Source of the DNA: Squalus acanthias
Lineage: Eukaryota
DNA length: 64,000 nucleotides
Assembly: GCA_030390025.1 (NCBI GenBank)
Contig: CM059431.1
Location: forward strand, 122,328,001 to 122,392,000
Direction: 5' to 3'
A program made the position numbers and the translations under genes. This document shows positions 25,537-36,452 of this stretch, in pieces. The notes beneath the pieces were generated by a model. It had not been told where the DNA came from. It searched no databases and worked only from the letters and a program-made list of their open reading frames with translations. Every line of letters starts with the position of its first letter. Position 1 is the first letter of the stretch.

Positions 25537-26860
25537 TTAATCTTGCACAAACCTATAGCCCATCAAAACTATGCATAAATAATCACTTACAGTTCAAACT
25601 AGCTACCGAGCCAGGAAGACAACGATTTACATTATGCATAACAAACACCCAAGGCATTAAAGCCATTAAAACAACGAGTGAAATTACCTTAAGGAGCCTG
25701 CCCAAAAGTCAGACAAAGAACTAACCCTGATTTGGCGCCCAGATAAGAAATTCAAAAACAGTATAACTGTGGGCCACCAGTAACCAAAGGGGGCTTGGAA
25801 AACCTCTCCGGAAGCAGCAGGAAGATCCAACATCACAGCGAGGGGGCACGGTGGGGCAGGCTCAACCGAAGATGACAAGGCCGCCACCGCAGCCCTACAC
25901 AAAGACCGAACACGAGCACCGCGGTAACCAAGGGCCGGGTAAACCATACCTTCAGATCATTACCACCACTCAGGTAATGATCTAGGCCGCTGCGACCGAG
26001 CCGACACCAAAAACCGCCAACCGGACCCCAACCCCAACAAAACTCGACGACCAGACCATCATCGGAAGAACAAAACCCGAAGTTTCGATTCTACAAGGTA
26101 AAGTACCCAACAAAGACTTTACTTTCCCTATTTCTAACTAAGAAAAGTGGGCACTTACCAGACAAATCCATAACTGCGCCCTACCGCATCAGCGGACTCC
26201 ACCAAACTGAGGGACCTTCGCAGATTCCACAGACCGGTACCACGTGGGGACGGCAGGCCCCAAAGGACACAAAGGGGGAAAAATTCAGTTGGTTGCGCCT
26301 CCCGTTAGCGCCTTAAGAGGGCGCTAATGGGGCGCAAAGCCGCTAGCGCCCGGGCGCAGCGATGTTTGCGCCGCTCGGGAACTTAACTAGACATTGTGCG
26401 GCGGCGCTAAACTTTACCGCTGCGACCACCTGCGCGCGCAGATTGTGACGTCATTCCATGGTGCAACGCCCTTGTGGCGCCCCGGAGCGGAAATTGAGTG
26501 GCGCCCCCTGCCTTACCGCCTGGCGCATCCAACGACCGGAAGACTGGAACGCTATCAATCGCTGTGGGGCTGGGGGGGGCGCTATTTAAAGGGGGCCTCT
26601 TCCTGTCTTTTTCTGTGGTTGACATTTTTGCACCACTCGTTCTGAGAGAGAGAGAGAGATTCGGAGAGAGAGAAAGAGAGACTTCTGCATTGAGTCAATG
26701 CTTTGTGAGGTAGTTTTGCCTACTGATCCTAACTTCGCTGGTACTTTGGTTGCTGTCCTTCATAACTTTGCTTGCAAAGAGACTATGGGGGCTGCACTGA
26801 TTGGGGGCGTCGTCCTGCTCCAGCTGAATCGGAGGACACAGAGACGCAGAGAGAGTGGCA

Positions 26861-27943
26861 ATGATGGCCAGACGAAGGAGGGCCAACAGGCGTATGTACA
26901 GGAGAGCTTACCCTCCCAGGGTATATCGTGAACAGCTCTCCTACATTCATATATCTGAGGAGCTGTGTTTGCGAAGGCTGCGATTCAGCAAGGAGGTGGT
27001 CACTGAGCTCTGCCACCTGCTGCAGCCAGATCTGCAGCCTCAACTGAGGTCCAGGACATCTCTGTCGGTGGCAGTGAAGGTCACAGTGGCTCTCAACTTC
27101 TATGCTACTGGCTCATTTCAAGCTGCTGCTGGAGACCTCGCCAATATCTCCCAGTTCGCGGTGCATTGCTGCATCCGGCAGGTCACAAATGCCCTCTTTA
27201 AAAGGAGACGAGAGTTCATCTCTTTCCCCATGACCCTAGACAAGCAGCGTGACTGCGCTCTGGGCTTTGCGAGGATAGCGGGCTTCCCCATGGTGCAGGG
27301 CGCCATTGACTGCACGCATGTGGCTTTGCGTGCTCCACATGAGAATGCCGAGGATTTCCGGAACAGAAAGGGGTTCCATTCCTTGATTGTTCAGTTGGTC
27401 TGTGACCACAGACAGCTGATACTCGCTGTCAATGCCCACTATCCTGGCAGCTGCCACGATGCTTTCATCCTGCGCCAGACTACTGTGGCAGAACTTTTCG
27501 AGGCACCGCATCAGCCAGTTGGTTGGCTTCTCGGGGACAAGGGGTATCCATTGAGCACCTGGCTGATGACACCGCTCCGTACGCCCAACACCCCTGCTGA
27601 GCTGCGGTACAACGAGAGCCATCAAGCTACCAGGAACATCATTGAGCGCACAATCGGCGTGCTGAAGCAACGGTTCCGCTGTCTCGACCATTCTGGAGGA
27701 GCCCTGCAGTACTCGCCTGAGCGAGTATCCAACTTCGTAGTTGTGTGCTGCATGTTGCATAACATGGCAATCGTCAGGACCCAGCCAATGCCACCAGGCC
27801 TTGGAGCACCACCAGAGGAGGAGGAGGAAGAGGAGGAAGAGGACGAGGAGGATGATCATCAGCAGCACCAAGGCGGGAGGGCGGCCCACAATGGTGAAAC
27901 TGCAAGGGCCGTCCGTCAACGGCTGATAGCAAGCCGCTTCTAG
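26861..27943 (+). CDS. Harbinger DDE transposase (HARBI1-like, DDE_Tnp_4 type); ancestral start probably ATG 26785, now out of frame
   Basis: Open 360 aa from ATG 26861: FYATGSFQ, GAIDCTH, NRKGFHS, YPGSCHDAFIL, LLGDKGY, YNESH..TRNIIERTIGVLKQRFRCL, CCMLHN, acidic tail. Confidence 0.93.
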   Translation: MMARRRRANRRMYRRAYPPRVYREQLSYIHISEELCLRRLRFSKEVVTELCHLLQPDLQPQLRSRTSLSVAVKVTVALNFYATGSFQAAAGDLANISQFAVHCCIRQVTNALFKRRREFISFPMTLDKQRDCALGFARIAGFPMVQGAIDCTHVALRAPHENAEDFRNRKGFHSLIVQLVCDHRQLILAVNAHYPGSCHDAFILRQTTVAELFEAPHQPVGWLLGDKGYPLSTWLMTPLRTPNTPAELRYNESHQATRNIIERTIGVLKQRFRCLDHSGGALQYSPERVSNFVVVCCMLHNMAIVRTQPMPPGLGAPPEEEEEEEEEDEEDDHQQHQGGRAAHNGETARAVRQRLIASRF

Positions 27944-28255
27944 GGCCCCTGCTGTGGAAATGGCTTCTGCCATTGCTAACAACATCAATGAACCCAGCAC
28001 GCAACCCCTAAGCCGGTCAAGGCACCAATGATTCCAAACACCAAACATGTATATTTTGAATACAAAAACTTATTTATTTTACAAACTCTGTGTGTGTCAT
28101 TTCCTCATGACAAACTCATAGAAATAAACACAAAAAAACAGTCATTAACATAACTGGTTCTCACAACCTGGAGATAATGTCCAAAACACTAGACAAAAGT
28201 TGGACCACGAACCTCGGCCTTTAATAAAAAAATGACCAGCATTTTGTCACACCTC

Positions 28256-30075
28256 CTACTTTTTGCCCTTCGAGGGTGATCTCCTTCCCTTGCGCACTTC
28301 CCCCCTTCTAAACCTACTGCTCCTCCGTAATGGGACCTCAGTGGCTGCAGCAAGGCTGGTGGAAGGCTGCTGATTGTCAGACCCTGACACTGCAGATGTC
28401 CCTGAAGGATGGCCTCGACCAGTTCTGGGCCTGGAGGGCCCGGCTGCAGACTGCACCAACTCTGCATGGGCGGCAGCAGTCTGTCCTACAGGCGGTGGCA
28501 AGTGCAGTGGAGAAGTGACAGTGTTGGCAGCAGGAATGCTGTCATTGTGAGAGAGGACAGCAACTCCCTGCTCGACCGACACACTGGCACTCCCACGGGG
28601 CAGCACTTCAGCATCCGGAGCAATCTGCTGGAGCACAGATTGCTGCCCTGCTGCGGTGCGGTGAGAGCCCCGGGGACATTTGAATGAACCATCGAGGTTG
28701 GCAGCAGTCAGTGCTCGCGTGGCCTCAATCTGAGTCTGCATGAGAGCAGTCAGAGATGGGATCACGGCAGTCAGTGACTGAATTGCAGCACTAAGCTTTA
28801 GTGTGGCATCCGCCTGTGCTACAGCGAAGTGCTCCACACTCCTTGCCAGTGACTCAATGCATTCGGACACCCTTCCCACTGCACCCATGAGCTCAGTGTG
28901 CATGCCCACCGCCTGGGTGTTCATTTCTGCGATCAGCCGCTCCTCCTCTGCGTCCATTGCAGTAGGAGTCGCTGGCATACTCTCCCTCTGGGGAGAAGGC
29001 CCCCGTTCTTCCCTACCCCCATGGCGTTGCTGCAGCCCGCTGGGTCCTGGAGCTTCACCCTCATCAGACTCTTCCCCCCTGCTCCCCTCCAGGGAAGGCG
29101 TGTTCCCAGTGTGGGCATGGGCTTCCTCGGGAGAGGGTGGCACTGATGCTCCGGCTTCCTCTTCCTCCTCAGCTGCAGCTTCACTCCCACTGGCAGCTTC
29201 AGGGCCCGTCTCCTCAGCTGGTGAATCACCATCTGAAAGCAGGGAGGTACAAGAGTGGCTTTAGCGTGAGGACAGGGTGGCAGTAAGGGAGGAATAAGTG
29301 CAGCGAGTTAGCAAGTTGGATTGAAAGTGTCAAAGGCTGGTGTTGTGAGGGACAAGTGGAAGGACAGAGGACAAAAAGGTGATGACCTTACCATTGCTGT
29401 CCAGAACGGGGTCGGCGTCTCCAGTGGCGACGGGACCGATCACCCGGCTTGCCACAATCCTGTGGACGCGCTCCTCAAGATCGCTGAGGAGTTGCAGCTG
29501 AGGCCGCCCTCCACCTGTCCGTTGCTGCTGTCTCCTATTATGCGCCAGCTTGGCCTGCAAGAAAAAGGATAGCATCTGAGTAAATATACAGCCATGGTCT
29601 TGCCTGATGTGCCTCCCATAGGTGAATAGCCCTTACTGTATACAGCCATGGTCTTGCCTGATGTGCCTCCCATAGGTGAATAGCCCTTACTGTATGCAAA
29701 GTGTGGAATGTGTGTGTGTGTTTCATGAAAGGGCCATAGGTGTTGGATGAGTGTTGTGCATTGGGGTTTTAAGACCCTCTGGCCATAGAGTGAGGTTGAG
29801 ATGGAGGGATGGAGAGGTATTGAGAAAAAGCCACTCACCCTGACGACCCGAGTGAGGTCGTTGAACTTTTTGCGGCATTGAACATGGGTCCTGGGCACCA
29901 TGCTCCTGGAGGAGACGCTCTGAGCCACCTCCCTCCACACTCTTCTGTACTCGCGTGGCAAAGGCCTCCTGCCACTCTCAGGGAAGAGTATAGATCTTCT
30001 GCACTCCACCGCGCCAACCAGAGCATCCAAGGCCCGCTCGGTGAAGCGCTGAGCTCGTTCTCTCACCCTCTCCAT
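28256..30075 (-). CDS. Harbinger ORF2 Myb/SANT-like DNA-binding protein, 3 exons (30075-29839, 29554-29392, 29232-28256), 458 aa
   Basis: Exon 1 MERVRERAQRFTERALDALV..W..V..R..QCRKKFNDL; donors GTGAGT and GTAAGG, acceptors TTCTTGCAG and CTTTCAG; phases 0 and 1 join in frame (237+163+977=1377 nt); RTGGG motif in exon 2; basic C-terminus. Confidence 0.88.
29585..29695. repeat. Perfect 54-bp tandem duplication in ORF2 intron 1
   Basis: TATACAGCCATGGTCTTGCCTGATGTGCCTCCCATAGGTGAATAGCCCTTACTG x2. Confidence 0.95.
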
Positions 30076-31340
30076 CCTTGGCTGCAAAATGGATTCACAG
30101 GTCTCTCCAGGCCGAGATTCAAGGCTGCAATGAGCAGGGTGTGGCTGGGGAGCAAGTTGCAACCCCCCCCCTTTAAGAACTGGCCGGCGCCAGTGTGTCT
30201 GTGTTCCCTCGCTAACTGGCAGCACCTGCGCTGCGCTCGCGTGCTGAGTTAGCGCTTCACTGCTTGGCCTTTGCGCCTTAAGACAGGTGTGCAGCGCCTG
30301 ATTTAGCGCTCCACTCACCTCCCGGGGCGGTAAAAGTGAAGTTTCCAGTCAGTGGCGATAATTAGCGCCAGGCGCTAATTTTTGCGTCCAGACGATATTT
30401 GCGCCCCAAACGGGGCGCGACCTAATTTTTCCCCCAAAGAGCGTACCCCAAAAACGCAACCGGCTTACCTGGCTGGATTTTGAACTGTCAAGAAACCCCT
30501 GTTGGTGAGCATGATCCCTGGCCTCTCTTAGTGCAATTTAGTTAGGTTTTGGGGGTGGGACAAGGGTAAGGGGATCATTATTGTGATTTTTCCCTCGTTC
30601 TGCCATGTGTTCTCCATTCTTAACCAAGTGTACTCTTGAATGTCTGTATAATCTAAGTGTATTTTTAATGTTATAATTTTAGTGCGACTTCAATAAACAC
30701 AGTTTTCTTGCACCAAACCAGTTGTCCACTCCAATTTTGTATCGCAGCCTGTATCTAAGTCCGGAGTCTAGAACTTCAGGGGAGTGGGAACGGTTCGACC
30801 CGTCCAGACAGTCAGAGGCAAAGCTGACCCACAGGCCACCCCCTACATCCTGCTCCTATTTCTTATGTTTTAATGTTCTAACAAATTACAACAAGACATT
30901 AATAAATTTGAAGAATGGGCATATAATTAGCAAATGAAATTCAACACAGATAAATGTGAGGTATTACATTTTGGTAAGTAAAATAGGGAGGTCACTTGGA
31001 AAATATGAATCTAAGTGGGGTAGAAGAGCAAATGGTTCTGGGAGTACAAATACACAAATCACTGAAAGTAGCGACACAGGCCATAAAAAGGCAAACCAAG
31101 CGCTATGGCAAATTTCTAGAGGAATTGAATTGAAAAGTTGAGAATTTATGCTAAACTTGTATCGAACCTTGGTTAGACCACACTTGGAGTACTGCGTACA
31201 ATTCTGATCGCCATATTATAAAAAGGACAAAAGGATATAGATGCACTGGAGAGGGTGCAAAAATGATTTACGAGGATGATACCAGAAATGTGAGGGTATA
31301 CCTATCAGGAAAGGATGAACAGGCTGGGTCTCTTTTCTCT

Positions 31341-32350
31341 TGATGTGGTGTATTTGGATTTTCAGAAGGCATTCAATAAGGTGCCACACAAGAGGTTATT
31401 AAACAAAATTAGGGCTCATGGGTTTGGGGATAATACACTAGCATGGATTGAGGATTGGTTAATGGACAGAAAACAGAGAGAAATGAAAGAAAAGAAAGAG
31501 TTGCATTTATATAGCGCCTTTCAAGACCACCGGACGTCTCAGAGCACTTTACAGCCAATGAAGTACTTTTAGAGTGTAGTCACTGTTGTAATGTGGGAAA
31601 CGCGGCAGCCAATTTGTGCACAGCAAGCTCCCACAAATAGCAACGTGATAATGACCAGATAATCTGGTTTGCTATGTTGGTTAAGGGATAAATATTGGCT
31701 AGGACACCGGGGATAACTCCCCTGATCTTCTTTAAAATAATGCCATAGGATCTTTTACGTCCACCTGAGAGAGCAGACGTGGCCTCGGTTTAACGTCTCA
31801 TCCGAAAGACGGCACCTCCGACAGTGCAGCACTCCCTAAGCACTGCACTGGAGCATCAGCCTAGATTTATGTGCTCAAGTCCCTGGATTGGGACTTGAAC
31901 CCACAACCTTCCGACCCAGAGGCGAGTAGGAATAAATGGGTCATTTTCGGTTTGGCCGGTTGTAACTAGTGGGGTACCGCAAAGATCAGTGCTTGGGCCT
32001 CAGCTATTTACAATCTATATCAATGATTTGGATGAGGGGACCAAATGTAATATATCCAAGTTTGCTGATGATACAAAGCTAGTGAGTGGGCAAGAACATG
32101 GCAAATGAAATATAATGTGGAGAAATGTGAGCTTAACCACTTTGGTGGGAAAAATAGAAAAGCAGAGTATTTTTTAAATGGTGAGAGATTAGGAAATGTT
32201 GGTGCTCAGAGGGACCTGGATGTCCTTGTACACGAATCACTGAAAGTTAACATGCAGGTACAGCAAGCACTTAGGAAAGCAAATGTTGGCCTTTTATTAG
32301 AAGAGGATTTGATTATAAGAGTAAAGACGTCTCACTGCAATTATATAGGG
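31341..32350 (+). mobile_element. CR1 RT fragment interrupted by a SINE; CR1 tail at ~32775-32908
   Basis: DVVYLDFQKAFNKVPH..KQR|VGING..GVPQ..FADDTK; HVQ/MQVQQA motif. Confidence 0.85.
31481..31926 (-). mobile_element. SacSINE1-like Deu-SINE (tRNA-derived head)
   Basis: Minus strand: B box GGTTCAAGTCC, central domain, tail ..GGCGCTATATAAATGCAA.TCTTTCTTT; multi-copy in window; family name from recall. Confidence 0.8.
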
Positions 32351-33945
32351 CACAGCGCAGCCTGTGGAGGAGCAGTGAATGACAGAGCGCAACTTCAGGA
32401 TTTCCGCGTTAGGCTGCATTAATTCCTGAAGTTGGGGTCAGTTTCAAATCGAAATGACGGCGAATGCTGCCAGCTCACCATCATCAGGATTGTAAATTCC
32501 GGGCCATTGCTTCGCAGTACATTGTGAGCAAAGCTAGTTCTGGAGTGCACAATTTCTGGGTGATGTGGAGAATGTAGAAGGCGTAAAGGAAGATTCATGG
32601 ATGTAGATCTACAGATTATAGTACACAGTGCAAGAGCATGGCAAAGTTCTCTCGATGGAGTGGAGGGGAAAGCAACAAATATCAAGATGTTGAGACAGAT
32701 GTGAATGGCCATCCCAGAGGAAGTCAGCAATGCATGTCACTGGGTTGGTTTATGCTTAAAATGCTGCTGACAATTGAGTGAATGGGGAGAGAGCGGGAAT
32801 ATGGTATTGAGATAGAGGATCAGCCATGATCATATTGAATGGCGGAGCAGGCTCGAAGGGCCGAATGGCTTACTCCCGCTCCTATTTTTCTATGTTCTAT
32901 GTTGCTATGAGTGCTGTGGTGTAGTTTGTTCCTGAGACGGTTGTTGTTTCACTGGTACATCTCGTAGTGCAATACAGTCACTGCTTTATAAACATTTAGC
33001 ACATTTACACAAAGAGCTGTGATTACAATTGGTCAGAATATATGCATATTGCTCACCTGATTCTGTAACGCCCATGCCGTGACAGGGAGCCGGCAGAACA
33101 ACTTTGTTCCCGCCTCGACTTGCTATGGCAGATCGACCAATGGAATGGGTGAACTCATTAGTAATTGCAGAGAAAATGAATGCTAAAAATTTGAATTTGC
33201 ATACCCCGGATTGTTAAAAGCGAATATTTCAAGCTGCAGCACTTGAGGAAATTATGGAACACTTTGTTATTGTAGCAAGCTAGATGAGCCCATAGGCTTC
33301 TGACAACTGAACATGGTTTAAACACTTTCCTTATGGAACGTACAGATTCTATATGGTTTCCACTTTGTAGTGTTTCAGCCCAGGAAGTAGTCACAAAACT
33401 CTCCATATGATATGTGAGCATATTAAAGTGTGGACATACCAATGCATAACATAGTATTATGGTGTTTATCCAAAGGCGAACATCGTACCAGACCTGCAAA
33501 GATATTTAAAGTTACCAAAAGAGTCAACCTGAAACAATAATAAAAACAATTGTATTTTTGAGTTAACATTTGATGGTGACATCACCCTAGTGAAGTTATT
33601 AAGATACGAACCTCAGCTACTGAGCATATGGCACATTAACTTCAAGAAATATTATTCTATTGTACTACAGGTTCACGAAGAATAGATGCAGGCAAAAATA
33701 ATAAAGAAACAATTTGGTTATGAATAAGTGCAAATGTTTATTTGTTTGTAGGAATATATAATGCTGTTATATGAGCATTTACAGATGTTCCTTTACTTCG
33801 TTATAATGTTTCCTATGATTTGAGATTGGCTATGCAGATTAGAGATAGGCCCTTAACAATCTAACAATGAATCAATGACAACTCCAGCCAGAGAACTGAA
33901 GATGGATTTTGTTCGCAGAGGCTGAACTGCTGACTACCGCACGTA

Positions 33946-34703
33946 GGCTTAGAAATTAATTGAAGTCAGCCGGTTTTACATGTGTAAAACGGGTGCCTCA
34001 GCGTCCAATATGGTGAGCAGCGTGTGCGTGTAAATTCTGCGCAGGAAGTGCTATAATCCGCCATATTGGTAAAGGCTGCAGTATAGCTGTCCAGGGCCCT
34101 TGTGTGAAACAGGTGTAACTTTTGCATATGTAAATGGGGGATTAACACCTGTCTGAGGCCCCCTTCCCAAAATTGAGCCAGCTGCATTCAGGCTAACCAA
34201 GTCTAAATGAGGCCTAACCAGAAGTCCTGAAAGGGGCCACTGGAGGCTCCCATCAAAAACATAAGTTTGAAAAAAAATGCTTACCTGAAAGTGGAGCCAG
34301 CTCCTCCCATCTCCACAGAGTCCCGAAGACTGTTGCCGGCCCCTGTTCGACCCCCTTTCAATTGCCTCCCTCCCTCAAGATCGCCCCCTCCCTTCCTCCT
34401 GATCGGCTCCCTCCCTCCCAATCACCACTTCCCTCCCTCCCGATCACCCCACTCCCTCCCGATCGCCCCCCTCTTACAACCTATCTAAGGGCTGCTGCTG
34501 GGGAGGCAGTCAGTCCAACTTTGGCTTCATGGAACCGGTGATTTTCCTCTGGAGGCCTGATTGGCGCCCACAGCTCGCCGGTCATATCCTGATGAGGTCC
34601 GAGGCCCAATTTTGGGTGACTCTCGGGCCTCTGGCTTCTGGCACACGCTTCTAGTGCCCCACCTATTTCAGGCTCAAAATGGGTCAAAATGAATTTCCAC
34701 CCC
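33946..34703. mobile_element. Harbinger-type MITE, family C
   Basis: Termini GGCTTAGAAATT / AATTTCCACCCC; homologous in opposite orientation to 43144-43845. Confidence 0.75.
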
Positions 34704-34719
34704 ATCTTTTTAAACTTTA

Positions 34720-35560
34720 ATAAAGTTATTTCATTGCATTCAATTTTGGATTACAAAGAGCCCTTACACAGAGTACATGTGTTACAGCTAACTCACAGAG
34801 GAAATCCTATATCAAAGAAATCAAATTACAATCACGGGGAAGAAAACAAGCCAGAGAAGATGACCCAGAGAAAATAATAAGAACTGGTCAAAAGATTTGT
34901 CCAGGTCCATCCTATTCAGAACAACACAGTTAAACCCTTTATATAACAAAAGCCAAAAAAATGAATCTTCCCGATCCAAAATCCCAAGTGGTGTCTAAAG
35001 CAGCAGGTAATTTGATGACATGAGCCTTGCACTATATCTTAAGAATGATGACCATGTCTGAAGTAATTCCTCCTGTGAGACATAGGGAATACACGACCTG
35101 TTCAGAATTGGCCTTCTTGCACAACATTTGTATCCAAGGAAAGCAGGAAAACAACTAAATCTGATGGCACCATACAGAGTTGGATAGCTTAATGCATCAA
35201 AATGATTAATTGGTCTAATCTGAGATCTAAGGAGGATTCCACCCGGACCAAAAGATCCGAGTCCAATGCAACACCGGTGAGAACCCTAATCCAGAGCGTG
35301 ACACATGCCCAATGCATCCAGACATAAGGACATTGGCAAAAATGTGCAGGTAGTCATCGATTCTTCCATATGCCCCCAGCTTTTAATTGTAACAGTTAGC
35401 TGCCACTAGTGCAGCTACATGCTATGTATTATCTGAAATTGGCACTTCCTAAGTGTCCCGCTGGTTGCTACGGAGTATGTGGCTCAGGAAACAGGCTTCC
35501 AATAAGAATTAATTTTGCACAAGGAGTACAGATCACGAGACCTAAATTCCCAAGTAAGTG
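34720..35560 (-). mobile_element. Possible old L1/Tx1-like ORF2 3' remnant
   Basis: Minus strand gives HIF.QCPYV..W-like zinc-knuckle remnant around 35300-35350; heavily decayed. Confidence 0.35.
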
Positions 35561-36042
35561 AGGTGAATGTTCACACCAGGTAAACTCAGAATGAATTGGT
35601 CAAGCTGTTTCAATTTCTGTATGTAATTAGAAAATCTGCCACTAATAATACTGGAACCTACAGAACAGGTGCAGTTGAAACATTAATGTGACCTCTTTTC
35701 CCCTTTCACCTTGTCTGCTCATGCTTCCTCTGCTGAAAGCAGAGTCTCACGCTGGGGATACAGTTTCATAGGATCCAGTTGCTCTCTGGAAGCATGATTA
35801 ATGAGTGTTAACTAGCTGTTCGACCGTAGGAACCTTCAGAGCCAATCGTGATCTTTCATTAAGCCACAATTCATACTTGTGATTGTAGCAGGGATCACCA
35901 GACCGTGATCAGAAACAGAAACAAGGACTAACTTTTGACCCTCCCAATCCCAAAGGACATTACCAGAGCAATTTCATATAATTGTTTAGCCTCTCAAACG
36001 TGTGATAAGATACCATATAGCATTTCTAAGTTTCAAGGTATA

Positions 36043-36199
36043 AGCCGGGAAATTCCTATGAGCTACACCCATTCTGCCGACGTTAACTCACCAGAAGTGT
36101 GACGGAAACCCCATTGAACGCATGTAAAAGGAGCCTCCGCTGCACTCCTGGCAAAGTAACGTTGACAGAGTGGGAACAGCTCCGAGGAATTACCCGGCC
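36043..36199. mobile_element. Short fold-back MITE (157 bp)
   Basis: AGCCGGGAAATTCCT / AGGAATTACCCGGCC termini, imperfect inverted symmetry throughout, TSD ATA. Confidence 0.8.
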
Positions 36200-36452
36200 A
36201 TAGTTTAGATATTTATCCCATTTCACAAAGAACTGGAGTTTAACCTAGCCAAAAATTGAAGGTTAATACCTTTCATCCTCCAATGGTTGTCTCTAATATT
36301 TTCTTTCTCTGCAGTAGATAGAATTCAAATTGGTATTTAGAGTTCCCATTTAAAGGCTTTACCATCATGACTAACAAACGATTTCCACAGAGACCCAGTT
36401 ACTTTAAGGAATACGGGCATAGAAATTTATTCCATGGGCCTTTATAATGGTA

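Larger units (their letters stand above)
26274..30435 (+). mobile_element. Full-length PIF/Harbinger DNA transposon (4,162 bp) with two convergent genes
   Basis: Perfect 12-bp TIRs GGGGGAAAAATT, TSD AAA, transposase on + strand and Myb/SANT-like gene on - strand. Confidence 0.97.
24386..30847 (+). mobile_element. Solo LTR (~1.4 kb after removing two nested Harbingers)
   Basis: TGTA...TACA termini, 5-bp TSD TCCTG (24381-85; 30848-52) inside the CR1 tail; AATAAA at 30692. Confidence 0.9.
19204..30879 (+). mobile_element. Full-length CR1 LINE 'B' (5'UTR, ORF1, ORF2, tail), split by a MITE and an LTR
   Basis: GC-rich 5'UTR from ~19204, ORF1 from 19496, ORF2 from ~20630 (YLNARSI, TETW, YRPP, SDH, RT motifs), 3'UTR to 24385 resuming at 30853 with TATTTCTTATGTT tail. 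Confidence 0.92.
16690..31340 (+). mobile_element. Host CR1 LINE 'A' (ORF2 part), split by nested insertions; segments ~16690-16956, 17175-18396, 19139-19203, ~30880-31340
   Basis: CR1 ORF2 reads continuously when inserts are removed (..[27 protein letters not shown]..). Confidence 0.88.

Noticed and set aside
26861..27943. Domesticated host gene HARBI1
   Set aside because: The ORF is inside TIRs/TSD with a partner Myb gene and local MITE derivatives, so it is a transposon gene.
29585..29695. CRISPR-like repeat
   Set aside because: Two abutting copies with no spacers in vertebrate DNA; no CRISPR array or cas gene seen in the window.
29440..30318. 292-aa single-exon protein with internal repeat
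   Set aside because: Reads through ORF2 5' region, exon 1 and intron 1; the repeat is the intronic 54-bp duplication.
32560..32735. Possible Myb/SANT ORF2 remnant (RKGRFMDVDLQII)
   Set aside because: Too short and decayed to support as a feature.
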